64,000 nt of DNA from the human T2T-CHM13v2.0 reference genome, Homo sapiens. Position 1 is the stretch's first letter, and every line of letters begins with the position of its first letter. Shown here piece by piece: positions 1-16,171 of this stretch. Location: NCBI RefSeq assembly GCF_009914755.1, contig NC_060932.1; one strand, given 5' to 3'. The position numbers were made by a program, and so were the translations under genes. A model generated the notes under the pieces. That model ran no database searches, was not told the origin of the DNA, and worked only from the letters and a program-made list of their open reading frames with translations.

Positions 1-519
1 ACTAGGCCACTAAGGGGATATGAAGATAAACAGTGAAAAGAATTCATGATGGGACTGCAATGGGACTATTTAAGGACAGAGGGATCCAACAAGTGAAAAG
101 CCATTGAAAGGAGACAATAACACAGAATAACACAGACTATCACGCAGGTGTTACTGTGCATACTGCTTGACATCAACTAGGCCAAAATCCTGTGACCCTT
201 GCAGGTAGTCTTCTTAGGGTCTTTTATTCCTTTTTGACTGCTAAATAGTTATTTTATCAAACATACTGCCTGAAATATAATGGCACTCATATTTCAGGTA
301 GTATGTTAGGTATTTAATCTTCCCTGTAACTCTGTAAGGCAGGGTACTTTCCTCTAAATTATAGCTGCATATACTATTTGAGTATCTTTTCCATAAATAC
401 ACAGTGGACAAGTGGCCAAGGAAAAATTGTAACCCTCAGGTTTGTCAGAGTCCAAAGGCCATGCTCTGTGCACAGTTCCTCACTGTCCACTTTTGTTTTG
501 AATATGCCGAGTCAAGTAT

Positions 520-1110
520 AAGAGGACCATCCCCATCCAGCAAATGCAGATGCAGGTTGCAAATGCAGACGTGGTGCCCAGGAGAAGAGCTAGGCTGGGA
601 GAACAGAATTTGAACCATCTGAAGGGAGGTGAAAGTTGAAAGCATATTGGGGGCTGAAATCACTAAGGGGAGCATGTGTGGGAAAACCAAGAATTTAACC
701 TTGAGAAAGTTACACCTATAAGGCAGGTGGAGAAAAAGAGGCCATAGAGAAGGCTGTTCAACAAGGAAATTAGAATGAGGAGGTTAAAATTAAGTAGTAG
801 GTCAAAAGGGAATGGGTGATCAGCAGTGTCAATACTGCAGAAAGTCACATGAGCATGAGATCCAGGAAAAGGCACCTAATGCTGGGAGGAGAAATTAATC
901 GGTGATCAGCAGTGTCAATACTGCAGAAAGTCACATGAGCATGAGATTCAGGAAAAGGCACCTAATGCTGGGAGGAGAAATTAATCAGGGACTCTGAACA
1001 GCAGCATTTACGTATTAGAGACTATAAAACTCAGAAGCAGCTCTTCTGAGAATGGAGGGATGAAGATGCAGGAAAAAACTAAAGGCTTTTTATTTGTGAT
1101 ATTTGGCAGT
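520..1110 (-). mobile_element. Ancient L2 LINE fragment
   Basis: Diverged L2-like antisense text (e.g. ggtgatcagcagtgtcaatactgcagaaagtc); boundaries approximate. Confidence 0.5.
815..986. repeat. Tandem duplication, 2 x 86 bp
   Basis: 815-900 and 901-986 are identical except one base (gatCca/gatTca). Confidence 0.97.
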
Positions 1111-2151
1111 GATAAAAAATAGAGGTGGAAAAGAAGCTGGGGATAGGGCACATTGTGATGAGGTTTTATGTTAATTGTTTTGATATTTGTTTTCCTTTCT
1201 TATTGACTATAGTGAAGTTATTGAAATTATTTTGATTTTTGTTTTTCTTTGGCTATAACGAAGATGTGTTAAAGTGTAAAAAGGAAGCTGTGAAAGAGAT
1301 ATCAAAAATAGGAGGAAGAGAGAGAGAGAAAATGAAAGAAGATGTGTAATCCTGGGCTCTAGCTACATGGCCTCTGATGTGGTGAACTGCAGACAGAGCA
1401 GTGTGGCAGCTGAATGACAAACGCAGCAAACTGGAACAACATGAACCCTCCGTAACTTTAACATCATAGCTGATTAAGTTTTCTGGCATGTAAAATGCAT
1501 CCACTGTGAGAAATTCTGTATCTCAGACATGACTCACTGTTTAGCATGTTTATACCATTAGGAAATACTAAAGATGTTTCCTCAAGCGTATGATTGTATT
1601 ATAAGAGCACATGTAAAAGCACTTATTTTGATAGTAAAGAGTGGCTACCAGTAGCTTAGGTTTGCCACAAGAATCTCTATATTCAATCTTTAAAATAAGT
1701 GATTATAAAATAAATATCTAGCAGTGAAAAAAGAATTAACTACCCTGAGAAGACTATCTGTAAGGGTCACAGGCTCTTGGTCTAGTTGATGTCAAGCAGT
1801 ACACACAAGAGCAAGACTATGCATTTTGCATAATCACTAGACATAACAGAGTGAGTAGAATATATGATAATTTGGCTCTAAAAGAAGAGATTTATCAACA
1901 TTTTTGGAATCAGCAACTTTGAAATTATGGGAAATGAGGAGAATATAAAAAGACATGAGTAAACAGAATGCCTAGTAATTTGAGAAGAAATTGAAAGAGC
2001 AAATTAGAATATTGCAAAACAAACACAGCAGCCCTAAAGGGAAGTCCCCAAAACAAAAATTTTGTTCCATCCTAGATAAAAATAGCAAAGGATTTCTAGG
2101 AATGGGATTGCCATGTCTTAGAATGTGTGCTTCACTTCATAAGAAACTGAT

Positions 2152-2250
2152 GGGCTCGTATCTGTAATCCCATCACTTTGGGAGGCTAAGGCAGGTGAAT
2201 TGCTTCCGCCCAGGAGTTCAAGACCAGCCTAGGCAACATTGTGAAATCCC

Positions 2251-2295
<45 letters not shown>

Positions 2296-2475
2296 TAGCC
2301 AGGTATGGTTGCACACACCTATAGTCCCAGCTACTCCGGCAGAAGGCTAAGGTGGGAGGATCACCTGAGCCAGGGAGGTCAAGGTTGCAGTGAGCAGTGA
2401 TTGTGCCACTGCACTCCAGCCTGGGTGACAGAGGAAGACCCTATCTCAAAAACAAAACAGAATGAAACAAAAAAC
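2152..2475 (+). mobile_element. AluJ, with (AC)18 in the middle A-rich linker
   Basis: Two Alu arms with J-type features (ggatcacctgagcc, gtcaaggttgcagtgagc, agaccctatctc). Confidence 0.93.
2255..2290. repeat. (AC)18 microsatellite
   Basis: Uninterrupted dinucleotide run. Confidence 0.98.
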
Positions 2476-3058
2476 TGAAACTGTTTTCTAAAGTGGCTGA
2501 ACCATTTTGTACCCCTACTAGCAATGTATGAGAGCTCTGTTCATTCTGTATCTTCACAGTGCTTGGTATTTTTAAGATTTTAAAAATTTATCCATTCTAA
2601 CATGTGTGAAGTATATTTAATATTTTGAATATTATATTTATAACATAAATCTGGGCTATTTTGGAAATAATACAAGATAAAGTCAAAATGGTTTCTTCCT
2701 TACAATCTCACAATTACAGTCTTGTTGGAAATAGAAAATCCATGGCATTTGTTCAGTGGTATTAATTGGCAACATAAAGGAACGCTCATTTTTACCCAGA
2801 AGGTTACTGATACATTTGTTCTTCATTTTCTCAAAATTAAGAGAAATGTTAATCTCTCCTTTTATCATAAGTTTAGGCAAAGCAAATCACAATTTTTCCC
2901 ACATGATGCTAAATAAGTCATATGCAGGAGGAACTTTCTGCTCTAGCCACATTCCCTGGACACATTTTTATTTATAGCTGCAATTTTAAGTCCTAGTAGA
3001 TAGAGATGGCAGCAAATGTATGTTGCGTATGTTAAAGGGCACATATCATCTCATCACT

Positions 3059-3478
3059 TGTGGTAGACTGAGTTATTGGACACAATCCTTCATGCCTCCC
3101 TTTATCTACATCCTTTACCTTATACTTTCTGCCCATAAAAGGCCAAGTGTACTCTCCCATCTTTTGAATTTGACTTATCTACGTAACTTTCTTTGGCCAA
3201 TATGTTATTTCTAGTTGTGATGCAAGTGGAGGCTTGATATGAGCTTGCACAGTGGGTCTTACTGTCTTGTACTTTTTCCATTTTCATGAGAAGAATATCC
3301 CAATTATCCTGATGGTCCCAGAGTCAAGATAAGAGACATAGAAATGACCCACTCCCATGACTGCAACCTGAAGCCCAGCTTCCTTGTCCACCTAGTACAT
3401 TAGTAGGGAAAAATCAATGCTCATCATCATATGCCACTGAGATTTTGAGGTTGTTTGTTATGCAGCACTAACTGACAG
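3059..3478 (+). mobile_element. MLT1-family (MaLR) LTR, old subfamily
   Basis: Starts tgtggtagactg; ends gccactgagattttgaggttgtttgttatgcagcactaactgaca, as MLT1 termini do. Confidence 0.75.
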
Positions 3479-6169
3479 GTAACAGATTCCACATCTGTAT
3501 ATGATATAAACAATAGATTGACTGTGAAAACTGATGAGGCCTTTAGAAACAACATGATGAAATAGAACTATGATTGTATTTCTGTGTGTGTGTTTGTGTG
3601 TGTGTTGGAGAGTTCAGAATGGGTCCAGGGCAGAGCAATCAAGAGATTGTCTTGGAGACCAAGTTGAACAATTTGTATTTCAATGGGGAATTTGTGGATT
3701 AAAATGAATGAAATGATAGAAACACTGCGTTTAAAATGGAGTAAAATAAGGTCAGAAACTAGAGGCTGCAGCAGTAAACTATTTTTTCATAAAATTCTGC
3801 AATGCTCATGAAAAAAGAGCCTTGATTCACTGTCTTTCTATCCCCTTACTTTGGCAAAACCCATAGATCTCCATTATGGCACATATACCAATTATTATTC
3901 TAAATTTGATCTTGGCTAAATGTTATTCACATTCAATTTAATCAAAAAGCCTAGTGACTGCCCAACATCACTTAATAGTGATAGCTAGCAACACATATTT
4001 ATTAAAAAGCACGCTGAGTGTCTGGCGCCATTCTACAAACCAAATAAAAGTAACCAAGCAACAATAGAGAATTTAACTTCACTGTGCCAAGTAAAAGGCA
4101 TTAGCCACTTATCATGTTAATCACACAACCACTTCAAGCAGTGCATGTCAAAAGAGTTACCAAGGTTAATATAAAGGCTTTTATAGACAATAAGCCTAGG
4201 CTGGCTGAATACCTGGACATAACTGAAGTGTCAGAGTAAAGTCGTCAGTCCATGGTGGAGGACAGTTAGACTTTAGCTCAAGTTCAAATTGATGTCTCAG
4301 AGTATTCTAATCAGAAATGATATTTGGTCTGTATTTGATATTTAGAATCCTCTACAAACTGGAAGAGGTCTCTTACAATACAAAGACAATTCCTGATGAC
4401 AGGAGTCTCCATTGAAGCCATCTGGAACCCACCAGGGTCTTAGAGGAAGTGAATTTAGGATCAGCAGATAGGATTTTTCCTGTAATGAGCATCTATTCCA
4501 ATCAGGCTGCTTGATGAACTGCAGGCACAACTTTGCAATTCCTGTTAGATGAGTGAGAAAGAAATTCAGAGTGTACTTATGGTAGCTACCCAAGTACCAC
4601 ACATTGTATTGAGTATAACTTTGAAAGGATTGCTTCAATTCTATTACTGAAACAGAAAAGAAATATAATCAACCCTTTCACTATTACTAATCCTTCTAGT
4701 TGACACTAAAAACAGGATTTATATGTGTATTAGTTCATTCTTTAAAACTTGTCACTTTTTTCTTCCTTAAACAATGTTTTACTAATAATTTTAAAATGAT
4801 TATATATTAAAGTACATCTATACCTACTATAATATATAATATATATCATAGTCAATATAAATACAGATGCTCTGCCATATATATGATATAGTAGATTTAG
4901 ATATGTTCTGAATCTGTATTATGTATATTATGCTATACTATATTTAATATTTCATATACACATTCACAAACACACATACATAGTAGTTTTCAGTGATAGT
5001 AGTCCAACAGTATTTCACATATTTGAATTATGTCAAGACCAGGTAGAAATAAGAATAAATTAATGACTTTGAGTCTTAAATCAGAAAAAAAGACTACTTG
5101 GATTACTAACTCAAATAACGTTATGATTAGGAAAATGTCTTTTTGATAAGAGCTTGAACTTCAGTACCTTCTTAATTGTGAAATTTGTTAGGTGTTCAGA
5201 AATGACATTATTCTCTAAAGCTCATATCCATTAAGCAGGGTGTAGCCATCCCATTGTACTTATTAAGATACCAGGAATTGCTGTCCTGGAAAAGAGGCCA
5301 GAAACTGAGATCACTGAACAAAAATAGAACATTTCTGGCTAGGACACTAATTACATAAAAATACAGAAAAATGAAACTTCTACCTCTAGAAAGAACAAAA
5401 ACGAAAGTGAGTCTTATCTTCTCTAATTATGTTCCCAACACATTTTAACTTTTCTTCTTGGAAAGGGGATCCCTAGTTGTCTCTCAGAACTCTTCCCATA
5501 TTTTCTGCCACAATTGCAAGTTACCAACCATATGATCTCAATCATGATGAGGGTGAATAAATGCATGCATGAATTAATCAATGACTAGTCCTAGCTTTGA
5601 ACACGGAATGCCAGAGGTGCTTTCTGCTGAACTCATTGCACTGCACTGACAGAGCCAGTGGGTGAAATGACAATGAATGGCATTATTTCCCATACAGTTT
5701 TAGTGACTTTGGAGGAGCCCTGTCAGTCTCTAATGACCTCATATGACGTTCTGGCCATGTCTCAATACTCTGCACTTTCAACATCATTGAGATAGAAATA
5801 GAAATTGGCATCATTAGAATGAGTAATCTCAATCTCCCTCACCTGCCCCCTCCCAGCCTGGTTATGCTGTATTAGGAATTTTGGCAGCTTTTCATGCTGA
5901 CTTGAATGCACTTACTGCTCTAGCTTAAGATGACCTATTTCATTAGGTGTATCTTCATAACTTTTGTCTTTCCATTTGTGTTTACATTTGTAAGCAGTAA
6001 GCACAGTATTAAAAGCTGTTGAATTAATAGTGCATGATACTTTTAATAAAACCACATAACCATATAAAACAATGTACACATAAAGGCCACCTAAACCTCT
6101 CTGCCTAGTTACTGGGCTCCAGATTCCCAATTTAGGCTGTTTCAGAGGCTCAGGCACTGGTTATCAGTA

Positions 6170-6400
6170 CTGTAGAGTGAGTATTAGGCTGGGAGTCAAC
6201 AGAGCTGGACCCCATTGCTGATAAGCAGCATGGCTATGTGACCTTGGAGAAGTTAATTAATCTTGCTGAATTTCAGTTGCCCGATCCATAAATTGGGACT
6301 CTTGTTTCTAAACATTGTTGAGAGTATTAAATAAGATAATGTGTGTATAATGTGTGTAAATGACTTAAGGCAATACATCACAAGTGATTAATGGATGGTA
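6170..6400 (+). mobile_element. MIR SINE
   Basis: Core tgtgaccttggagaagttaattaatcttgctgaatttcagttgccc...aaattggg. Confidence 0.8.
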
Positions 6401-6420
6401 TTAAAAATACTATGGTCTAA

Positions 6421-7230
6421 CAGTGAGAAAAATATATGCAAACTATATACAAACAGCCAACAAACACATGAAAAAATGTTCAACATCATTAATCATCAGG
6501 GAAATACAAATTAAAACCACAATGAGACACCATCTTACTCCTGCAAGAACGACTATAATCAAAAAGTCAAAAAATAATAGATGTTGGTGTGAATGTGGTA
6601 AAAAGGGAACACTTTTACACTGTTGGTAAGAATGTAAATTAGTACAACCATTATGGAAAACAGTATGGATATTCTTTAAATAATTAAGAATAGAACTACC
6701 ATTTGATCCAACAATCCCACCACTAGGTATCTACTCAAAGGAAAAGAAGTCATTATATGAAAAAGACACATGCACACATATGTCTATAGCAGCATAATTC
6801 ACAACTGCAAAGATATGGGACGAAGCTAAGTGCCCATCAACGAACAAGTGGATAAAGAAAATGTGTGGAGTATTACTCAGCCATAAAAAAGAATTAAATA
6901 GTGTCTTTTGCAGCAATGTGGATGGAGCAATTGGGTTCAGAGGTTTAGGTGAGCATTATTCTAAGTGAAGTAACTCAGGAATGGAAAACTGAATATCGTA
7001 TGTTCTCTCTTACAAGTGGAAGCTCAGCTATGAGACACAAAGGCATAAGATTTATATAATGGACTTTGGAGACTCATGGGAGAAGGTTGGGAGGGGGTGG
7101 TGAAGGACAAAAGACTACATATTGGGTATAGTGTACACTGCTCCGATGACAGGTACACTAAAATCTCAGAAATCACCACTTATTCATGTACCCAAAAACG
7201 ATTGAAATAAAAATAAAAATTAAAAAAATA
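6421..7230 (+). mobile_element. L1PB-type 3' end (5'-truncated)
   Basis: ORF2 C-terminal remnant ([24 protein letters not shown]) and L1PB 3' UTR (agctatgag..caaaggcataaga, aaaagactacatattggg), ending in an A-rich tail. Confidence 0.92.
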
Positions 7231-7419
7231 TATACATACATATATAATGGGCTTGTTGAACCTCTTTATACTCCAGTCTTTTTATTTATAAAATGAACAA
7301 GTTAGATTAAAAAACAATTTTGGGTCTTTCTGATTGTAAGTCTGTATACTTGACAGGCTTCTTACTAGATTGTATACCAAAAACAGAGACGATTTCTTAT
7401 GTATTCTTCCCAGAGATAG

Positions 7420-7948
<529 letters not shown>

Positions 7949-9509
7949 ATATTCTTGTTGTTTATGGTAACCACTCTCCCATGCTCTCATCATAATAATT
8001 TCATTTCCTCATTTAATCTATTCTCAGTTACTAATTCAGAAAACATTTAATGGTGAGCCCCATATCTTAAACCTAAGTGGGCACAGGAGAGTGAGAAAGC
8101 AAAACCCCAGTGCAGCATCAAGCAGACTTTTAGTTACAGCTGCTCTAGCTGGAGGGGATTCTGTATGGTGAGAAACTGAAAATAAAACTAAAGGAATTCT
8201 GAGTAGTGCTGAGTAGATATTTTTTTCTCTTGCCTTCAAAATCGCTCCAAAAAAAGTCACTGAAAGAATACTCTGGCACACAAAGGCAGCTTCAAAAGGC
8301 ATAACTGCAAATTAGTAGAAATTGTATTTGGGATACTTTTATAGATTTGTGATGTAAATAAGAATATTTGAAAATATAGAGCCACATAATTATTGCTGGT
8401 GTGTACTTACTTATTTAACCACATGACTAAGCTCAGCTGGCACCATCATAGAGGTGAGCTGTCCAGGTGAGCCCTGACTGAATCACCACTCTGTAGAATC
8501 ACATTGTCTTGTAACACCTGGATCCAAGCTGCCATCATGGGACCATTAGAGGAGGCTGCTATAGAAGATGGGTCTACACTCTGTGACTGTAGAAACAAAG
8601 TGGAAAGATTCTGGATCCTTAGGGAAACAATTGAGCCACTGGTTTACTAAACTTGGGCCCCAACATTTAGATGAATTGGCTCCAATTGTTTTTTTTTCTA
8701 TATTGGCATTAATCTATTCATGTTTCAAAATCGCAGGAGACATAGTCCAATTGGTTTGCCATGGGCCACATGTCCACACTGAGACCAAAGGTCCATGACT
8801 GACCACTTTATTTGGGTACTACCACCATCCTGCACAAAAAGAGTGATTGCTCAAAAGGCAAATGGCAATAAGGATGCTTTAGCCTAAGATATGGGCATGG
8901 GTACTTAGTAGTACAAAAGCAAGTGTTCACTATATGAAATGGAAAAGAAAGTCTAGTTTTTCCCTGAGCATATAGCTTTGTATAAACTAAGCATTCTCTA
9001 TGAATCCTCACAAACTTAATTTATAACAAATCAAAATTACATTTTTTAATTCAAGGATTTTAGGTATATAAAATAGTATACCTTGAAAATGATTTAGGTT
9101 CTATCTAGATTATTGGTTTTTTTTTTAACATGGGTGGTTATTTTCACAAAAATCTCAATTTGAAAATATAAGTGAAATTTTCATCTGTTATATAATGTGA
9201 GTAGAACATTACCATCCACGTTAAAGGATAGTTTTTTAATGGTATTTTTATTATTGTCATAAATATATTCCACTTAAAGTAAGCTGACAAGGTACTCTGC
9301 TGTGAACATAAAAGCAAAGTTTTCAGATTTAAAGTGGGTAGTTTGAAAGAAAAACAGAGGTGAGGCTCTCTTTCCTCTTCTATTATATTAATTACACTTT
9401 ATATTAATAACAAGTAGTTGAAAAGTGATAAAAGATGAAAGCAATAGTAATGATGACATCAGGGATTATTAGGTCAACAGATCTGAGAAACTTACCCTGA
9501 AGGGTTATT

Positions 9510-9825
<316 letters not shown>

Positions 9826-10009
9826 TAACATTCCCTCCTTTTTGTGACAAAACAAACAAACAAGGAATGCATGACTGATGGCAGCAGAGGATGATGAGCA
9901 CTAGTAAAGAAGCCTACTGCCCTGTGCATGTTCCTAGTAAGAAGTTCCTGCAATCAATGAGGAAACAGCGCATAGACAATACTCAGTTTCACAGGATTAA
10001 CAATAAGCT

Positions 10010-10230
10010 ATGCTTACTTCAGTGCGAACTTACCATATCTTAGACCCTGCACGTGCATTATGTCCTTCGATTCTCATAACCACCAATAAGGTAAGTATTA
10101 ATATCCCCAATTTACTTTAAAAGATGTTGAGACTCAGCAAGAATAGGCAGCTGATATTTCCCTAGCAGGATTTCTACTCAGACGTGCCAGCCTTCAAGAC
10201 CTCTTCCTTTTGAACGACATGCTGCCTTTA
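10010..10230 (-). mobile_element. MIR SINE
   Basis: ttctcataaccaccaataaggtaagtattaatatccccaatttac...gttgagactcag. Confidence 0.65.
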
Positions 10231-10549
10231 CCATGACAACAGCCTTATAGCTTGATTGGCAGAATGAGACATCCCTTGTCTTCTAGGATCACCTGATATA
10301 CATTGCTGAACATCTGCTATTTAGTGATTGAGCCCAGCACCACATAGCTAAATTGATCATTGCTTATTTTGTCATCTTCCAATGTGGTCCCTCTCACTGT
10401 AACTTCTCAGGGAAGTTCTAGTCCCCATTGATAAGCCTTTATCTCATCCTATTTTCATCTGGGCTTTCCATCATTATCTTATCTAAAAGAAAGCACGTGA
10501 GTGACATTCTATTATTATTATTTTTAGTGCCAATAATTCATTTAAGTTT

Positions 10550-10720
10550 ATTTGTACCATGCTCATTCTAATCCTTGAAAGATCTCTGAGGTAGTAGGAA
10601 GAGAGTTGATTATCCCTAAGTTACAGAAGAAACCGAGGATCTGAAGACTTAGATAACATGTCCAGGGTCACTGAGTTAGCCCACAATGAAGGTGGTACTT
10701 GATCCCATGCCTGCTTTTGC
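10550..10720 (-). mobile_element. MIR SINE
   Basis: attatccctaagttacagaagaaaccgagg...atgtccagggtcactgagttag. Confidence 0.7.
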
Positions 10721-11274
10721 AGTCACCTTTTGATGGAGGCCAATGCATTAATTATTCACCCATGGCCCTGGGCAATATTCACAAAGGGGTAGTGCTAATG
10801 CTGCAATTTGCAGTTTGCCTCAGATAATATTTTCAGACCACTTTTAAATTCAGTGAATTATGCCCTGGGTTTATTGATTTTGTTTTGCTTTTTTTTTTTT
10901 TTTCTGATAAAAGGTCATAAAATACAATTCCACCTTGTGACACTTTAAAGATTAAGTGCTTCATTATTATTTTTGCTATTTGCTATTTCTAAAAACCTAT
11001 CTATAGTTAAGTTTTAATTTTTCTCTCTATTTGCCAGATAACAAAAACAGAGCAAGGTGTGCCTAAGGTTACAAAGAACATCAGAGATCATTAGAGTTTT
11101 AGTCTAGCTGGTATCTCTCCCAGTGTAATACATAAGTGATGAAATATTTTAGAGCACATTTTTAATTGAGTGATTGTGGATGCAAATATTTATTCAAGCC
11201 TCAGAGAAGCATGTTTACCTTGAAAACTCAAAAGAGCAGCAATAGGATAGAAGTAAAAACCATACATAAAAGGT

Positions 11275-11510
11275 ATAATAATAATAGCTACAATTCAGCA
11301 CTTAGCATGTGCCAGGCACCTTAGAAAGCACTTTATGTGACATTCATCTTTTTAATAATGCCCTAAACATTAGGAGGTTGGCTTTATAGAAGAGACTGAG
11401 ACTTATGTTAAAATTTAGCTTGGCTGGGAAATAGCAGTGCCACAATTAAAACTAAGGATTTGAGTCTAGAGCCTATGTTCTTAGCCCCACCAGCCATACT
11501 GCCTCTCCAG
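11275..11510 (-). mobile_element. MIR SINE
   Basis: ataatagctacaattcagcacttagcatgtgccaggcac...gagactgagactt...ggatttgagtctag. Confidence 0.75.
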
Positions 11511-11739
11511 TCAATGCAGCCTGATGGACTTAAAAAAAAATCAGTTTCTACAGTTTCTGTCTTGCTCATGGTAGCATGCTGTTCTATCTATACTACCAGT
11601 GCAGCCCTTTTAATCATTCTTATATCTTTTTATTTAATTCATTTTCTTCCATGTTATAATAGGACCGTACTTTGGTAACTTCCCCTAAAAGCTTCTGTAA
11701 AATGTCTCCAGCACACGACATTCTTGAGTCATGAACTCA

Positions 11740-12030
11740 CATATTCATTCATTTATAATAGACATTATTGGATTAATGTGCCATGCTCATGTATGTACTA
11801 AGGACACAGCGATGGGCAAGAAGGAATCTCTGTTCTTGAGGAACTTGATGTCTGGTGAGTGTATGTTGAGGAGTAGATAATTATGTGCAATGATAGGTGT
11901 TATAATAAAGGCACAAGCATATGCTTTGGGAGATAGGAGGAGCTAGAGACAATTATTGAAAAAATCTAGATGTCACTTCCGGGGAAGTGACATCTGAGCT
12001 TATCCTTGACAGATGCGGTAGAATTACTCA
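11740..12030 (-). mobile_element. L2 3' end
   Basis: attcattcattt tail, then ctctgttcttgaggaacttgatgtctggtg...gaagtgacatctgagct. Confidence 0.7.
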
Positions 12031-12036
12031 GAATAA

Positions 12037-13488
<1,452 letters not shown>

Positions 13489-15519
13489 AAAAGAATAGGT
13501 TTTCCAAAGAGTAGATGCTCTCTGTGTATGACCAAAAGCAAGAGGACAGTACACGATGAAGTTTCTGGATGACTTACAGGTGATAACTTTGGATTCTCAG
13601 GAGGTTGAGCTTACATTTACATAGATTATTGACGAATAATTACATCACTGTATTTTATTGGAGCTTAAATGCTTAAATGTTATAAAGTTTCAGTGTAAAA
13701 ATGCAATGCTTTAAGTTATACAAATAAAGATGAAAATTCTCATAGCACATTGCCAAGAATGAAGTGGGCCAATAAATCTCTTGAAAATTGAAGGTGGATT
13801 CCTTAGTGATTCAGGTGCCTTCCTAGAAATCTCACAGCTACTAAAATGAAGTTCTTACATTTGTTAATATTACCAGGATCCCTCAAGAGATATACTGTTT
13901 TCGTTGTTGTTGTTATTCTCTTGATTTACTGCCTAACTCAATTCTCCTGAGTCATGTGTGGCTAGTGACCAAACACTGTAAATAAGTTAAGTGCAGCTTT
14001 TATAGAGAGTGATGTGCTGCACATATCAAGAGAATGTGATTGGTTTACAAGATGTGTAGTAATAATGGGGTTGTGAATTATTCAAGTATTAATACTTCAG
14101 AATAATCCACATCCTCCAGCTTTTTGTAAATTAGTGAGCTAGAAATATATATGTTTGTCATCACATTTGACAATACAGATATCTCATGATCTTGAAAAAG
14201 TGAACTTTAATGAGACTAGCAGAAAAACATTAATGCCATACGGAAATTTAACCATGACTCCTCATATTTGCAACATTACTTTGAATTACAATATGAAATG
14301 CTGTTGTATCCTCAAAAAGTACCAATATGCCATTTTAAACATTTTATAAAAGGTGATTTACGTTCTAGAAATTACTCCTAAAGAAATTAATGGAACCTCT
14401 GTAAATTGGATATATTGCCTCAGTGTGCCACATCTCATCAAACCTTTCGCCATCTTGTCATCCCTGAGTGGCCCATTGCTATCCTTCATCCCCTGGACTG
14501 ATTGCCGTAGTTCTGAGTTTATTATGCTTAAAAGAGAGGCGTAGATCTTTTCAATTCCTTAGCACATTCTGTGTCACCTTGGAAACTAAATGTGTGTATC
14601 AGAAACCCCACTCTCCAATCTCCAGCTCATCAGATGCTGCAGCCCTGCTCCGATTACAATACCCATCCCCAAGTGACTGTCTAACACACAGATGAGTCCA
14701 CAGCATAAGGAGGATAATTATTACCTTTAAGATATTTTAAGTTATTAAGCTCTTATTATAATTAACTATAGAGAACTCTCTAAGCTGGCAAGGCCAGGGA
14801 ATGGAGGTATTCTGGCTACTGGTTCAATTGAAATAAAGAAAAAGAAAAGATGTTAGTGCTCCTGAGATTCAGTCTTGGACGGCATGAAATGACTGGATTT
14901 TTCCAGAGTGTTGTCCCTTATCTAGAAGACCATTACACTGCACCATTGGATATTTAAATAGCAGCAAGATAAATTTCAGAATTGTATCAACCCTGGTTTA
15001 CATGACCCACCACACTCTTCCTGTCTTCCAATTTACAAACTTTCCTCAGAGAAAGGATGTGGGATGAAGTTGTTGCCAGTCACCGTTTACTAAGCCTTGA
15101 GACAATGCAAAGCAGTACTAGGAATAGAACTGACAACATCTTTCTCTCTTTTCCATTCGTGTGGTCTAGGGCATTTTGTGAAGCTGTAATAAAGAATATT
15201 GCTTTTCTCATTGGTTTAGGTCAATGATTCCATGTCAAAAATCCAATGCAAATGATCAAAATGTCCCATTCTTGTTAGCAGTGCAAGAGGTAAATCTTGC
15301 TTCTAAATTTAATTTGAGCAATATTTCAAGTTTCCCTAGTACTCCCTTGAAATATCTAATACATTATTTGGGCAGCATTTTTTTAAATATCTCAAAAAGT
15401 TTTTAAAAATATAGTTAAGAAACACCGTGACCCTGAGCTAATAATGCAATGAATTGCCTTCCCTGCATAACTGTGTCCTTCAGCACAGTACTGACTTTCC
15501 AAAACCTTCTGTCCTCTTC

Positions 15520-15850
15520 ACTCTACTGACTACCTCAATCCACTGATTTTGTTTTTCCTTTAATAAGACAAGCTGAAACTCCACTTCTTGATAGTCTTCT
15601 CATAGCCTCCTAGTACTACTCTCGCCTGCTCGCCCACCTGTCTGGCTTTCTTAACTTTCTTTGCTGGCTTTTTTCTTTATCCCGCCTCTTAAATACTTCT
15701 GTTCTTAGGATTCTGTAATCAGCTTTTTTCTGTTTCTATTCTGCTCTGTACTTGTGATTATATTCCTTCCATACAGCTTCAATGATAAGCTAAAAATTAA
15801 TAGAATACAATTTGATCTCTATTTCTGACCTCACTCCTTAGCTAAGGAGT
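15520..15850 (+). mobile_element. L2 fragment
   Basis: Pyrimidine-rich, diverged L2 ORF2-like sequence; boundaries approximate. Confidence 0.45.
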
Positions 15851-16171
15851 CTTTTAAAAATGTTTAGAAGAGTTTTCTAGCTACAACCATCCTGGTCTGG
15901 AGACTTTGATGGGTTACATTTTTATTTTAATGCTCCTGTTCTTGTTACTTTATGCACAAATGCTGGCGTTGAGATGTGTGCCCCTTTAATTGTATTATCG
16001 ATTGCAAAAAACAATGGAAAGATTTTTTAGCTTATTTTTTCAAACATCTTAGTGTCTTCTTATCCTCATTTTTTTCTATTTACCTATTTCATAATACTTT
16101 ATTAATTAAATATTTATTTCACAATTATTAATTAAATACTTATTTAATAGTAATTTATTAATTTATTTACC

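Larger units (their letters stand above)
2090..2620 (-). mobile_element. Old L1M fragment interrupted by an Alu
   Basis: ttcataagaaactg[Alu]aaactgttttctaaagtggctgaaccattttgtacccctactagcaatgtatgagag, typical antisense L1M ORF2 end. Confidence 0.7.

Noticed and set aside
815-986. CRISPR-like or functional repeat array
   Set aside because: Only two copies, no spacers, eukaryotic context.
4346-4440. Possible exon after atttag (ILYKLEEVSYNTKTIPDDRSLH*)
   Set aside because: Weak acceptor, unrecognised peptide, no partner exons.
16085-16170. AT-rich quasi-palindromic stretch (similar ones at 4790-4960, 32560-32650, 49110-49170)
   Set aside because: Low-complexity sequence; self-complementarity is expected from composition.
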